Source: Polyangiales bacterium (GTDB taxonomy: Bacteria > Myxococcota_A > Polyangia > Polyangiales > Houyiibacteriaceae). From it: 64,000 bases of DNA. The notes below the pieces were generated by a model. That model was not told the origin of the DNA, did not search any database, and was given only the letters and a program-made list of their open reading frames with translations. The translations under genes were made by a program, and so were the position numbers. The stretch is from contig JBGCFM010000041.1 in the NCBI GenBank assembly GCA_045106895.1, positions 1-64,000 on the forward strand. The letters run 5' to 3'. Positions 1-10,427 of the stretch are shown piece by piece (positions within the stretch are counted from its first letter, which is position 1; every line of letters begins with the position of its first letter).

Positions 1-381
1 AGCTGGTTCGAGAAAAACCAGACGCTCATCATCGCCGCCGTCGTGATTCTCGCCGCCGTCGCCGTTGGCGCCGACGTCATCCACGGCATCGTTGGACACA
101 AACATGTTCACTTTGATGTGGAAGCCTGGCCTGGCTTCTACGCCGTCGTTGGCTTCATCTCTTACGTCGGACTCGTCCTAACGGCGAAGCAGCTGCGCAA
201 AGTCCTCGCCCGCCCGGCGGACTACTACGACGACCAGCCTCCACTCCTCGCCTTCGACCCCACCGCCGCGAGCGAGGTCCACCACGACGACGAGGACCAC
301 GGCCACGGCCACGACGAGCATCTGCACGACGACGACCTGGACGATGAAGAGCTTCACGAGCTCGACGAGGAGACGCCATGA
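1..381 (+). CDS. Small membrane protein of the Mrp operon, 5'-truncated, with a His/Asp/Glu-rich C-terminal tail
   Basis: Frame is open from base 1 (SWFEKNQTLII...). Two hydrophobic segments and the motif HFDVEAWPGFYAVVGF...LRKVLARPADYYD. Overlaps the next gene by ATGA. Confidence 0.7.
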   Translation, partial: SWFEKNQTLIIAAVVILAAVAVGADVIHGIVGHKHVHFDVEAWPGFYAVVGFISYVGLVLTAKQLRKVLARPADYYDDQPPLLAFDPTAASEVHHDDEDHGHGHDEHLHDDDLDDEELHELDEETP

Positions 382-2135
382 ACGCCCTCATCGACATGGC
401 CTCGTCGCTCTTTCCGGGTGAGATTCTCATCCTTGGCGCGCTCCTCGTTCCTTTCCTCAAAGGTCGAGCCCGCAACATCTACGTCATCGCGCTGCCTATT
501 GTCAGCGGCCTTCAGCTCGCGACGCTCGAGCTGGGCCACACGGCGAATGCCGAGCTCTTCGGCTATGGCCTGGAGGTCGTCCGCGTCGACCGGCTGAGTC
601 GAATATTTGGCACCATCTTCCACATCACGACGTTCCTCGTCTGCATCTATGCGTTCCATGTAAAACGGGCCCTCGAGCACATCGCGACGCTCGTCTACGC
701 CGGCGCGGCTATCGGGGCGGTGTTCGCCGGCGATATGATCACGCTCTTCCTCTTCTGGGAGCTGACTGCTCTGAGCAGCGTGTTCCTCATCTGGGCCCGC
801 GGCCTGGACGAGCCTGAGCGACGAGAGCGCGCCTACGCCGCCGGCATGCGCTATCTCATCGTGCAGGTTGGAAGCGGCGTCGCCCTCCTCGCTGGCGCCA
901 TTCTTCATCTAAATCACACCGGCTCCCTCGCCTTCGAGCACATGAGCCTCACCCCCGGCGCCGTCGGTTACTCCCCCGGAACCGTCTGGATCTTCATCGC
1001 CTTCGGTATCAAGGCTGCGTTCCCCTTCCTGCACAACTAGGTGCAGGACGCCTACCCCGAGGCGACGGTCAGCGGCACCGTGGTGCTCGCCAGCTTCACC
1101 ACGAAGCTCGCTATCTACGCTTTGGCGCGCAGCTTCGCCGGCGAGTCCCTTCTGATTCCCATCGGCGTCGTCATGACGGCGTTCCCCATCTTCTTCGCGG
1201 TCATCGAGAACGACATGCGCAAGGTGCTGGCCTACTCGCTCAACAACCAGCTGGGCTACATGGTCGTCGGCATCGGCATCGGCACGGAGTTGGCTATCAA
1301 TGGCGCTGCGGCCCACGCCTTCGCGCACATCCTCTACAAGGGCCTTCTCCTGATGAGCATGGGCGCCGTGCTCTACCGCACGGGCACCATCGAGGCGTCG
1401 AAGCTCGGTGGCCTCCACAAGACCATGCCAATCACGACGGTCTTCTGCATCGTCGGCGCCCTCGCCATCAGCGCGTTCCCGCTGCTTTCCGGCTTCGTCA
1501 CGAAGTCCATGATCGTCAGCGCCGTCGGCGAAGTTCACCTGCCCATCGTGTTTGGCGTGTTGCTCTTCGCGAGCGCCGGCGTCTGCGACCACTCGGGCAT
1601 CAAGATTCCTTTCTTCACCTTCTTCGCTCATGACGCAGGCTGGAAGGTCAAAGAAGCCCCGACACACATGCTCATCGCCATGGGTATCGCCGCAGCGTTC
1701 TGCATCGGCATCGGCATCTTCCCCTCGGCGCTCTACCAGCTGCTTCCCTACCCGGAGCTTGCCGCCGAGTACCACGCCTACGAAGCGACGCATGTCTACA
1801 CCATGCTGGAGCTTCTGCTCTTCGCGGGCATCGCGTTCATCGTCTTGATGAAGAGCGGCATCTACCCACCGGAGCTCCCGCGGACGAACCTCGACACGGA
1901 CGTTGTGTACAAACGCATCATGCCGCGATTCATCTACGAGATGTACGGTCTCGCCAGTTACACCCGAAAGGTCCTCTGGGGCTGGGTCCTCGCGGCGCGC
2001 AACGGCACGCTTCACTTCGTGCATGACCATCACACACCGCCACGCGGTCGCTACGGCGAGCCCTGGAGCGCGTCGACGACTACCCTCTACGCTGCGCTAG
2101 TCCTGGGCTTCACGCTCCTGCTCTACTATTCGTAG
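378..2135 (+). pseudogene. mrpD: Na+/H+ antiporter subunit D (MrpD/MnhD, NuoM-like) interrupted by an in-frame TAG at 1038-1040
   Basis: ORFs 378-1040 and 1041-2135 are in the same frame. Motifs FLFWELTAL, FGIKAAFPFLHN*VQDAYPEA, FTTK and AHAFAHILYKGLL. The stop falls at the Trp of the HxW motif. Pseudogene, sequencing error and readthrough cannot be told apart from the sequence. Confidence 0.85.
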
Positions 2136-2138
2136 GTC

Positions 2139-2438
2139 ATGACGAAGAAGCCGGCGGCGAGCCTCACCAAAGAAGAGCGGGTTCGCATGCACGAAATCAG
2201 GACTCGCCACGGAGGCTCGGAGTCCGTGGAGTTGTGGGCATCCACTGGCGCTTCACTCAAAGACCGGGTCATCGGCGAGCTCGAAGAAATGACGAGAGAG
2301 AGCGGCGACACGGAATTCGTGAAGGCCCTCGGGCTGGCCATCGACGTGTTGGACATGACAAGTGTCGCCGGCGCCCTAGGCACGGATGGCCAAACCCAAA
2401 GCGACATCCGATGGCTGCTGGAGCGTATCACCGGCTGA
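2139..2438 (+). CDS. Hypothetical protein, 99 aa
   Basis: ATG 3 nt after the mrpD stop; genome-like codon usage; no family recognised. Confidence 0.6.
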   Translation: MTKKPAASLTKEERVRMHEIRTRHGGSESVELWASTGASLKDRVIGELEEMTRESGDTEFVKALGLAIDVLDMTSVAGALGTDGQTQSDIRWLLERITG

Positions 2439-2506
2439 GCGCGCCAGGCTCGCGAACCGGGGTATCGATTCAAGCGCGGCGAACCTTGGCCGAAATTTTT
2501 CCGGCC

Positions 2507-4954
2507 CTACTCGCCTTCGTCGGGCGCTGGCGGCGGAGGAGGTCGAGACGGGACGGCTGGGGCCGCGGCGGAGCTTGCGGGTGGAACCGCTGGGACAGCA
2601 GGCACCGAGGGCGCTCCAGGAATCGCGGGGGCGACTGGTGCAGCGCCCGGAACGGCGGGGGCGGCGGGAGCCGCACCGTTCGGCGCCGGCGGCGGCGGTG
2701 CAGGGGGCTCCTTCATCGCGGGCTTCGTCGCTTCCATGCGGCGCTCCGCAAGGATCATCATCTGGGGTGAGGTCGCGCCGAAGAACACGCCTGGCGTAGC
2801 GAGTCGGCCGCTGAACTCCGCCACGCGGAAGCCCTGAACGTGCAGGAGCTTGCCCACTTCATGGGGTGAGTAGAGCCGCATCGAGTAGCTGTTCTCGCGC
2901 TGGCGACCGTCGTCGAGGATCACCGTTCGCTTTACTTGGAGACGTGACTGGAAGTAGTTGAACTTCGACTCTTCCATGCAGACACAGCCGTCTCCCTCGA
3001 ACCACACAAGGTTGGGTTGTTGCTGGATCACGTGATCTCGGTTGACGATGTCGAGGAGCAGAGTGCCCTTCGGCTTCAACGCCTGGTACAGGCGGGCGAT
3101 GGTCTGCCGGTTCATTTCGTCGTCGAAGTATCCGAAGCTAGTTCCCCAGCACAGCACGGCGTCGAAGGCGAAGTCGAAGGTCATCTCGCGCATGTCGCCC
3201 TGGATGAACGTGGCACCGAGGCCTAGATCTTTGGCCTCACTGCGCGCTCGAGCGAGCATCGACTCGGATAAATCGAGACCCACCACGACATAGCCGCGCT
3301 TGGAGAGTTCCAACGCGTGGAGCCCGAGCCCACAGCCTACGTCAAGGATGGACGCCCCAGCTGCCAGGCCCAATGAGCGCTCGATGAAGTCGACCTCTCG
3401 GGCAACGTTCTTGTCCGATGGCGGCTGTACCGTGCGGAGGTAGTCGTCGCTGAAGAAAGTCTCGAACCACTGCCGCCGACGCGCCTTTGGTGCCTCTTCA
3501 GGGGCCTTTGCTTCCCCAGCCGGCGGAGGCGGAGGACGGGAAGAGAGCCTGTCCTCCTGCTCTTCTTCGTCGAGCTCCAGAAGCTCGTCGTCCAAGGACA
3601 TCTCGCCAGAACTTGGCCCCGCCTCAGGCACTGCTTCTAGAGCTGCTTCGAGAGCTGGTTCGAGAGCTGGTTCCTCCACCTTGGTGCTGGTGGGCGCCAG
3701 CGCCTCGATGTCGGAGTCTGCGAGGGACTCGGCTTCGAAGGACTCGGCCGCGTCGGAGTCCGAGACAGCAAGCTCCAGGGGTTGGTCAGCCCCTTCGTTT
3801 GTCGGCTCCTCGATCGATGCAGGTGGGTCGGAGAGAGGCTGGGTAGCCCGCTCTTCCAACAACAGGTCTTCGTCCGACTCATCGGACATCATGGCCGGAT
3901 GCGAATCGGATGGTGTGGCTTCGTCTTCGAAAGCCGTCGCGTCATCCACCATTCCCACCGACGAGCTGACGCTGACCATCCCTCGGATGATGACCGCGGA
4001 CGTCTGTCGAACAGCCGGAGTCTCTTCAACCACCGGGCTCTTCGCGCTTTCAGGTTGGGTGCGCTCCGCGGTCTCGACCTGGTCGGGGTCAACAGCAGCC
4101 AGCCGCAGAGCAGGCTCCGTAGGCTCACTTGGCAACGCACTTGGAGGCGGCTCTGAAGGCTCGGGCGTCGGAGCGAGAGGGGCCTCGGCTGGACTCGCAG
4201 CTGCGGCCGCAGCTTCGTCAGGCGCCGAGGCGGTCGCGGGGACGGAGGGCTTCAGGCTCACGGGGGGCGGCGCTGACACCGGCGGCGCTGACACCGGCGG
4301 TGCGGAAGCTGCGGACGGCATGGAAGGGGCGGAAGGTCGCGTGCCGCCGGACAGGGACGCGTTCGCGGGCAGCGTCTGTTCGTCCTCGAAGGCGCCGACG
4401 TCTCCGGCGGCAAGCGCTGGCGCAGCTTCGCCGAGAGGCAGGGTCGGCTCCGGTGTTGGCGCTTCGGGCGGCGCGTCATCCGCAGTGTCCAGCGTCGCGG
4501 AACCAGACGCCGTCGACAAAGTGGCCGACTCGGATGTCGCGGCGCTCAAGGTAGCCGCCGGTTCCTCTTCGCCGCTCTGCGATGAGATATCTGGCACAGC
4601 GGTGTCATCGACCTCCGCACTGGGCTCTGCGCGGGTCGGCGGCCGCATATCGACGGTCGTCCGCTGAGCCGACAAGGGCTGCCCGAGCGAAAGTGGCGCG
4701 GCGGAGAGAGGCGCCGGCGGTGGGTTCGAGGCCGGGTTCGAGGCCGGGGGGTTCGAGGCCGGTGCGTTCGGTGCCGCCGACGGCGTCATGAGATCGGGCT
4801 CGGCTCGAGTGGTGGCCGGAGGCCGAGACGCGCGCGGAACTTCGGGCTCGGAGCGCTCAGGCGCGGCTTCGACGGTGGCCGGCGGAAGGCCAATGGCGCT
4901 CCGTCGCGGGACTTCATCGACTGGGACCCGAAGTGGGCGAGGACGCTTGGTCAT
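2507..4954 (-). CDS. Class I SAM-dependent methyltransferase with a long Pro/Ala/acidic disordered N-terminus
   Basis: C-terminal domain has ILDVGCGLG, VVGLDLS, FIQGDMR and FDAVLCWGTSFGYF. The first ~490 aa and the C-terminal tail are low complexity. Confidence 0.85.
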   Translation of the reverse strand: MTKRPRPLRVPVDEVPRRSAIGLPPATVEAAPERSEPEVPRASRPPATTRAEPDLMTPSAAPNAPASNPPASNPASNPPPAPLSAAPLSLGQPLSAQRTTVDMRPPTRAEPSAEVDDTAVPDISSQSGEEEPAATLSAATSESATLSTASGSATLDTADDAPPEAPTPEPTLPLGEAAPALAAGDVGAFEDEQTLPANASLSGGTRPSAPSMPSAASAPPVSAPPVSAPPPVSLKPSVPATASAPDEAAAAAASPAEAPLAPTPEPSEPPPSALPSEPTEPALRLAAVDPDQVETAERTQPESAKSPVVEETPAVRQTSAVIIRGMVSVSSSVGMVDDATAFEDEATPSDSHPAMMSDESDEDLLLEERATQPLSDPPASIEEPTNEGADQPLELAVSDSDAAESFEAESLADSDIEALAPTSTKVEEPALEPALEAALEAVPEAGPSSGEMSLDDELLELDEEEQEDRLSSRPPPPPAGEAKAPEEAPKARRRQWFETFFSDDYLRTVQPPSDKNVAREVDFIERSLGLAAGASILDVGCGLGLHALELSKRGYVVVGLDLSESMLARARSEAKDLGLGATFIQGDMREMTFDFAFDAVLCWGTSFGYFDDEMNRQTIARLYQALKPKGTLLLDIVNRDHVIQQQPNLVWFEGDGCVCMEESKFNYFQSRLQVKRTVILDDGRQRENSYSMRLYSPHEVGKLLHVQGFRVAEFSGRLATPGVFFGATSPQMMILAERRMEATKPAMKEPPAPPPPAPNGAAPAAPAVPGAAPVAPAIPGAPSVPAVPAVPPASSAAAPAVPSRPPPPPAPDEGE

Positions 4955-5203
4955 CTATTCCTCTGTGTAGCGCGTTGGGTTCCATGCTCGGCAAGGAGTC
5001 CGCCCATCGCCCCTTGTCCCTGGTGGGAGGAGCGCATAGCGGCGGCGGAAAGACGTGCGGGATCGATCATGGGGGAAGACGCCTGGGACGCGCCAAAGGG
5101 CCGGAGTTGTTCGGTATTTTGGGCTGGAGGCATGTTATCCGACGAGGCGGATTCAGGTCAATGAACAACCACGCTCGCCGCTCTTTGGATGCGACGCAGA
5201 GTT

Positions 5204-5232
5204 TAAACCGTCCGGAAACACTCCGGAAACAC
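5204..5232 (+). promoter_or_regulatory. 11-bp-period direct repeat (TAAAC-n6-GAAAC-n6-GAAAC), putative OmpR/GlnR-type binding site upstream of glnB-glnA
   Basis: TCCGGAAACAC occurs twice exactly (5211-5221, 5222-5232), with a third degenerate unit at 5204; about 70 nt upstream of glnB. Confidence 0.5.
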
Positions 5233-5245
5233 GGAGTCGCTATGA

Positions 5246-5638
<393 letters not shown>

Positions 5639-5680
5639 GGCCCAAACCAATTCTGATAGCCAAGAGAAACGAGGACGAGA

Positions 5681-7105
5681 ATGAGTGATATCAAGTCGGC
5701 GAAGGACGCCATCGAGTTTGCCCAAGCCAAGGGCGCCGTCATGGTGGACCTTCGTTTCATCGACCTACCGGGCATGTGGCAGCACACCAGCGTCCCAATT
5801 CATCGCCTGGACGAAGACGCGTTTGAGGACGGGTTCGGCTTCGATGGCTCGTCCATTCGCGGCTTCCAGCCCATCAACGCCTCCGACATGCTCATCATCC
5901 CGGATCCAACGACGGCGAAGATGGACCCCTACACGAAGCACCCCACCGTGGTGTTCGTGTGCGACATCGTCGACCCCATCACGCGCGAGCCCTACGGCCG
6001 CGACCCGCGCTACGTGAGCCGAAAGGCCGCCGCCTACCTCAAGCAGACGGGCGTCGCCGACACTTGTTACTGCGGCCCCGAAGCGGAGTTCTTCGTCTTC
6101 GACAACGTCCGCTATGGCTCCTCGCCGAACGCCTCGTTTTACGAGGTCGACTCCGTTGAAGCGGCCTGGAACACGTCGAGCGACGACGGTCCGAACCTCG
6201 GCTACAAGATTCAGCACAAAGCGGGGTACTTCCCGGTGATGCCCACCGACACGCTCATGGACCTTCGCACGGACATGTCACTGGTCTTGACGGGGCTCGG
6301 CTACGAGGTGGAGGTCTCCCACCACGAGGTCGCGACAGCAGGCCAGTGCGAGATCGACATGCGCTTCGATGACCTCCTGACGATGTCGGACCAGACCATG
6401 TGGTTCAAATACGTGGTGAAGAACTCTTCGCGCGCCGCCGGCAAGACGGCGACTTTCATGCCGAAGCCCCTCTACGACGACAACGGCAACGGCATGCACG
6501 TTCACCAGTCACTCTGGAAGGACGGCAAGCCGCTCTTCGCCGGTGACGGCTACGCCGGGCTCAGCGAGATCGGCTTGCACTACATGGGCGGCATTCTCAA
6601 GCATGCCCGCGCGCTGACGGCCTTCACGAACCCGACGGTCAACAGCTACCGCCGCCTCGTCCCTGGGTACGAAGCGCCCGTCAACCTGGCGTACAGCTCG
6701 CGGAACCGCTCCGCCGCCATTCGAATCCCTACCTACTCGCAATCGCCGAAGGCTAAGCGCATCGAAGCTCGCTTCCCGGACCCGTCCTCGAACCCATACC
6801 TCGCATTCGCCGCTCTCATGATGGCGGGCCTCGACGGCGTTCAGAACAAAATCGATCCCGGCGAACCCTTCGACAAGGACCTCTACAGCCTGAGCCCGGA
6901 AGAGCTTCGCGGCGTTCCAACGGTTCCAGCGAGTCTCGACGAGTCGCTGGCGGCCCTCGAAGCGGACCATGAGTTCTTGCTCAAGGGTGACGTGTTCACG
7001 ATGGATCTGATCAACGAGTGGATCAGCTTCAAGCGCGAAAACGAGGCGGACCGCTTCCGTCTCCGTCCGACGCCCCTCGAGTACGAACTCTACTTCGACC
7101 TCTAG
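5681..7105 (+). CDS. glnA: Type I glutamine synthetase
   Basis: [52 protein letters not shown]; adenylylation-site Tyr in DKDLY. Confidence 0.98.
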   Translation: MSDIKSAKDAIEFAQAKGAVMVDLRFIDLPGMWQHTSVPIHRLDEDAFEDGFGFDGSSIRGFQPINASDMLIIPDPTTAKMDPYTKHPTVVFVCDIVDPITREPYGRDPRYVSRKAAAYLKQTGVADTCYCGPEAEFFVFDNVRYGSSPNASFYEVDSVEAAWNTSSDDGPNLGYKIQHKAGYFPVMPTDTLMDLRTDMSLVLTGLGYEVEVSHHEVATAGQCEIDMRFDDLLTMSDQTMWFKYVVKNSSRAAGKTATFMPKPLYDDNGNGMHVHQSLWKDGKPLFAGDGYAGLSEIGLHYMGGILKHARALTAFTNPTVNSYRRLVPGYEAPVNLAYSSRNRSAAIRIPTYSQSPKAKRIEARFPDPSSNPYLAFAALMMAGLDGVQNKIDPGEPFDKDLYSLSPEELRGVPTVPASLDESLAALEADHEFLLKGDVFTMDLINEWISFKRENEADRFRLRPTPLEYELYFDL

Positions 7106-7127
7106 ACCCTCGGGAAGTCGTTGCAGG

Positions 7128-7159
7128 CGCCGCCGACTCTTCAAAGAGCGGCGGCGTTT
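7128..7159 (+). terminator. Intrinsic terminator hairpin after glnA, between convergent genes
   Basis: CGCCGCCG-a-CTCT-tcaa-AGAG-CGGCGGCG followed by TTT. Confidence 0.65.
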
Positions 7160-7167
7160 CCAATTCT

Positions 7168-7593
7168 CTACTTGAGCGAAGGACGAGCGCTGCGAAGAAG
7201 CTGAATCAGGCTCTGTTCCAGAGGCGTATGAAGCAGGACGCGGGCCATCTCTTCGTCGTCCTCGAACACACGGCCGAACACGCGCTCGAGAGAGCGCTTG
7301 GGCCGCAATAGGTCCCATTCGCTTTCGCCGTGGAAACGCCGCGTCTTGGCGTCGTCCGCTTCAAAGCGAAAGTCGTAGGAAACGCGGCCGTCTAGCTTGG
7401 CGGAGAAACGTCCCTCCAGGGAGGCGCGCTCGACAAGTCCAGGAGCGTGAACTTCACCGGAGAGGCGACCCGCTCGATCCGTGACCAAGCCACGAGCGCT
7501 CAGCCGAATGTCGAGTTCCAAGGAAAAGGGGCGTTCATCGCCCGGCGTGGCCAGTCGGTGGTAGGTGCCTTCAAGACACTGATGAAGCTCCAT
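7168..7593 (-). CDS. Hypothetical beta-strand-rich protein
   Basis: Open frame between glnA and the kinase. Start moved to ATG 7593 (7605 is an alternative) to avoid overlapping the divergent gene. Confidence 0.65.
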   Translation of the reverse strand: MELHQCLEGTYHRLATPGDERPFSLELDIRLSARGLVTDRAGRLSGEVHAPGLVERASLEGRFSAKLDGRVSYDFRFEADDAKTRRFHGESEWDLLRPKRSLERVFGRVFEDDEEMARVLLHTPLEQSLIQLLRSARPSLK

Positions 7594-7698
7594 CCCTAGG
7601 CGCATAACGATTGGGTAGCACAGACGGAAAGAGCAGAGGTAGAGACTTCGTCTCGATTTTCCCCGAAACCTGGCGACCCGTCGTATGCTGCCGCCTCG

Positions 7699-9348
7699 AT
7701 GGCTGGCCCCAATCTGCTCAACACCGTGAAAGACCTCGATCGGCTCCGGCAGATCGTGGGCGTCTGCGCGAAACATGGCTTTGGCGAGCTCTTGGGGCGC
7801 TCCGGGCTCAGCTCGCTTATCAAGCGTAAGAAGGCCGACGAGAAAGAACGCATCAGCTTTGGCGAGCGCCTACGATTAGCGCTTCAAGAGCTCGGGCCAA
7901 GCTTCATCAAGCTCGGGCAGATCCTCTCCACTCGTCCCGACGTCATCCCGGCGGATGTCGTCGCCGAGCTGCGCAAGCTTCAGGACAACGTCCCCCCGGA
8001 GAACTTCGACGAGCTGCGACCTATGATCGAGGCGGAGCTCGGCGCACCGATCAGCGAGGTCTTCGAGAAGTTCGACGAAACTCCACTCGCGTCCGCTTCC
8101 ATCGGGCAGGTCCACCGCGCCACCCTTCGCACCGACGATGGAGTTGTCGATGTCGCTGTAAAGGTCCAACGCCCGAGCGTCCGCCGAACCATGGAGCTGG
8201 ACATCGACCTGCTCTATTGGCTCGCCCACGCCATCGAGCGCGGCGTCCCCGAAGCGCGGCTCTACAACCCGGTCAAGATGGTCGCCGAGTTTGACCGCGC
8301 CGTGCGGGCGGAGCTCGATTTCGTCTGCGAAGCGGACAACGCGGAACGCTTCGCCCGTAACTTTCAGAAGAAGCGCTACGTTCGCTTTCCGAAAGTCTAC
8401 CGGTCCGCGTGCTCGAGGCGCGTTCTCACCATCGAGTTCTTCGACGGGTGCAAGATCAACGAGGCCGTCGAGCGTGGTGTCTCCGGCGAAGCCATCGCCA
8501 AGACCTGCGTGGACATCATGGTCCAACAGATCTTCGAGGACGGGTTCTTCCACGCAGATCCGCACCCGGGGAATATGTTTATCCTCGGAGACGCGGACCG
8601 CCCCGTCGTCGCCATGTTCGACCTCGGACTCGTCGGACACCTCGGGCCCAAGCTCCGCGACCGCACCATCGATATGATGGTCGCGGCGGTCCGCGAGGAC
8701 TACCGAGGCATCGCAGATGCGCTCTGGGCCATCGGTCGGCCCACCAAGAAAGTCGACCGCGAAGCCTACGAGAACGAAGTCACCGTGCTGGCCCAGAAAT
8801 ACCTGGGCAAGTCTCTCGGCGACATTGAGTTCAGCGCCCTGCTCCGCGATCTCATCGACGGCTCGCGACGATACGGAATCGAGATCCCCAGCGGCTTCCT
8901 CATGATGGGCAAGGCGCTGATGACCGTGGAAGGCGTCGGCAAGGAGATCTATCCGGAGCTTGATGTCTTCGAAGAGGTAAAGCCGTACTTCCTTCGTCTG
9001 ATTCAGCAGCGCTATTCGCCAGAACGTGTCACTCAAGACGTGATCCGCGGCGTGACGCGGCTCAGCCACGCCGCCTCCGAAGCGCCTATCCAGCTCGAGG
9101 AGATCCTCGAAGACCTTCGAAAGGGCGCGTTTCGACTGCAGGTCCGCGAGTCGTCGATGGGAGACGCCGCCGACACCCTCGGACGGCGAATCTTCAGCGG
9201 CCTCGTCGTGTCGTCCGCGGTTGTTTCCGGGGCCGTGCTGCTGGCCTCCGGTCAAACGTGGCTTGGCGCGACCTTCACCGGCGTAGGAATCGCCTACGCG
9301 ATGGGCCACATCGTGTTGATGTTCATCTTGGGTCGACTTCGTCGTTAG
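7699..9348 (+). CDS. ABC1/UbiB/AarF-family atypical kinase
   Basis: LGPSFIKLGQILSTRPD, ASASIGQVHRA, VAVKVQRP, FFHADPHPGN, FDLGLVG; C-terminal TM helices. Confidence 0.95.
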   Translation: MAGPNLLNTVKDLDRLRQIVGVCAKHGFGELLGRSGLSSLIKRKKADEKERISFGERLRLALQELGPSFIKLGQILSTRPDVIPADVVAELRKLQDNVPPENFDELRPMIEAELGAPISEVFEKFDETPLASASIGQVHRATLRTDDGVVDVAVKVQRPSVRRTMELDIDLLYWLAHAIERGVPEARLYNPVKMVAEFDRAVRAELDFVCEADNAERFARNFQKKRYVRFPKVYRSACSRRVLTIEFFDGCKINEAVERGVSGEAIAKTCVDIMVQQIFEDGFFHADPHPGNMFILGDADRPVVAMFDLGLVGHLGPKLRDRTIDMMVAAVREDYRGIADALWAIGRPTKKVDREAYENEVTVLAQKYLGKSLGDIEFSALLRDLIDGSRRYGIEIPSGFLMMGKALMTVEGVGKEIYPELDVFEEVKPYFLRLIQQRYSPERVTQDVIRGVTRLSHAASEAPIQLEEILEDLRKGAFRLQVRESSMGDAADTLGRRIFSGLVVSSAVVSGAVLLASGQTWLGATFTGVGIAYAMGHIVLMFILGRLRR

Positions 9349-9507
9349 CCCGATTCTGCGAAAAACGCCGTCTCCCACAGGATTCGTTGCCAGCGCCGGG
9401 CTGCCGACCTAGGCTCGCAGCGCATTCAGCAAAGAGTCTGAAGATGAGCCGCCCGCGGTGGCGAGGGAACTCCCGAAGAGTTTCCGTAAAGAAGGAATGG
9501 AGCAGTC

Positions 9508-10419
9508 GTGGCAGCAGAGATTCGATTCGACGAGCGAGTAGCGATCATCACAGGCGCGGGAGGCGGCCTAGGGCGTAGCCACGCCCTTCTATTGGCCTCA
9601 CGCGGCGCAAAGGTTGTGGTCAATGACCTCGGCGGCGCCGTGGACGGAACAGGTGGGGACGCCTCCGCAGCGGACGCCGTCGTCAAAGAGATCGAGGCCG
9701 CCGGCGGCACCGCCGTCGCCAACTACGACTCGGTCTCGGACCCCGCCGGCGCCGCCAACATCGTGAAGACGGCTACGGACGCGTTTGGACGCGTCGACAT
9801 CCTCATCAACAACGCAGGCATTCTTCGTGACGTCAGCTTTCACAAGATGACGAAGGACCAGTGGGACGCGGTCATCGCAGTTCACCTCACGGGCACGATG
9901 AACGTCACGCACGCCGCTTGGCCGCTGCTCCGCGCGCAGGGCTACGGCCGCATCGTCAACACGACGAGCGCCGCCGGCCTCTACGGCAACTTCGGACAGG
10001 TTAACTACGGCGCTGCCAAGCTCGGCATCGTCGGCCTCACCCGCTCTCTTGCGCAAGAAGGCGCCAAGAAGAACATCTTCACCAACTGCATTGCGCCCGT
10101 CGCCAAGAGCCGCATGACGGAGACCATCGGGCTTCCGGAGGCCGTCCTTGCGAAGCTGGAGCCCAAGCGCGTCTCCCCCCTCGTCGCGTTCCTTGCCAGC
10201 GAAACATGTACGGACAACGGCGACACCTTCGCCGTCGGCGGTGGCTACATGTCGAAGGTCCAAATCATCGAAGGCGCTGGTGCGGTTCTCAAGGGTGATC
10301 CAAGTCCGGAAGACGTCCTCGAGAGCTGGGGCGCCATCACAACGATGGACGACGCGACTCCCTACGAGAACGCGATGGCCGCTGTCCGCAAGGCCCTCGA
10401 GAGCGCTTCGGCGGGCTGA
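9508..10419 (+). CDS. SDR oxidoreductase, MFE-2/3-hydroxyacyl-CoA dehydrogenase-like
   Basis: TGAGGGLG, VVNDLG, NNAGILRD, and YxxxK in NYGAAK. Confidence 0.92.
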   Translation: MAAEIRFDERVAIITGAGGGLGRSHALLLASRGAKVVVNDLGGAVDGTGGDASAADAVVKEIEAAGGTAVANYDSVSDPAGAANIVKTATDAFGRVDILINNAGILRDVSFHKMTKDQWDAVIAVHLTGTMNVTHAAWPLLRAQGYGRIVNTTSAAGLYGNFGQVNYGAAKLGIVGLTRSLAQEGAKKNIFTNCIAPVAKSRMTETIGLPEAVLAKLEPKRVSPLVAFLASETCTDNGDTFAVGGGYMSKVQIIEGAGAVLKGDPSPEDVLESWGAITTMDDATPYENAMAAVRKALESASAG

Positions 10420-10427
10420 GCGAGCAG

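Noticed and set aside
2133..2141. Readthrough fusion of mrpD to the next in-frame ORF (TAG GTC ATG); similar in-frame junctions at 28486-28494 and 29275-29283
   Set aside because: Each upstream protein ends at a natural C-terminus and the next gene has its own start; 3-nt spacers are common.
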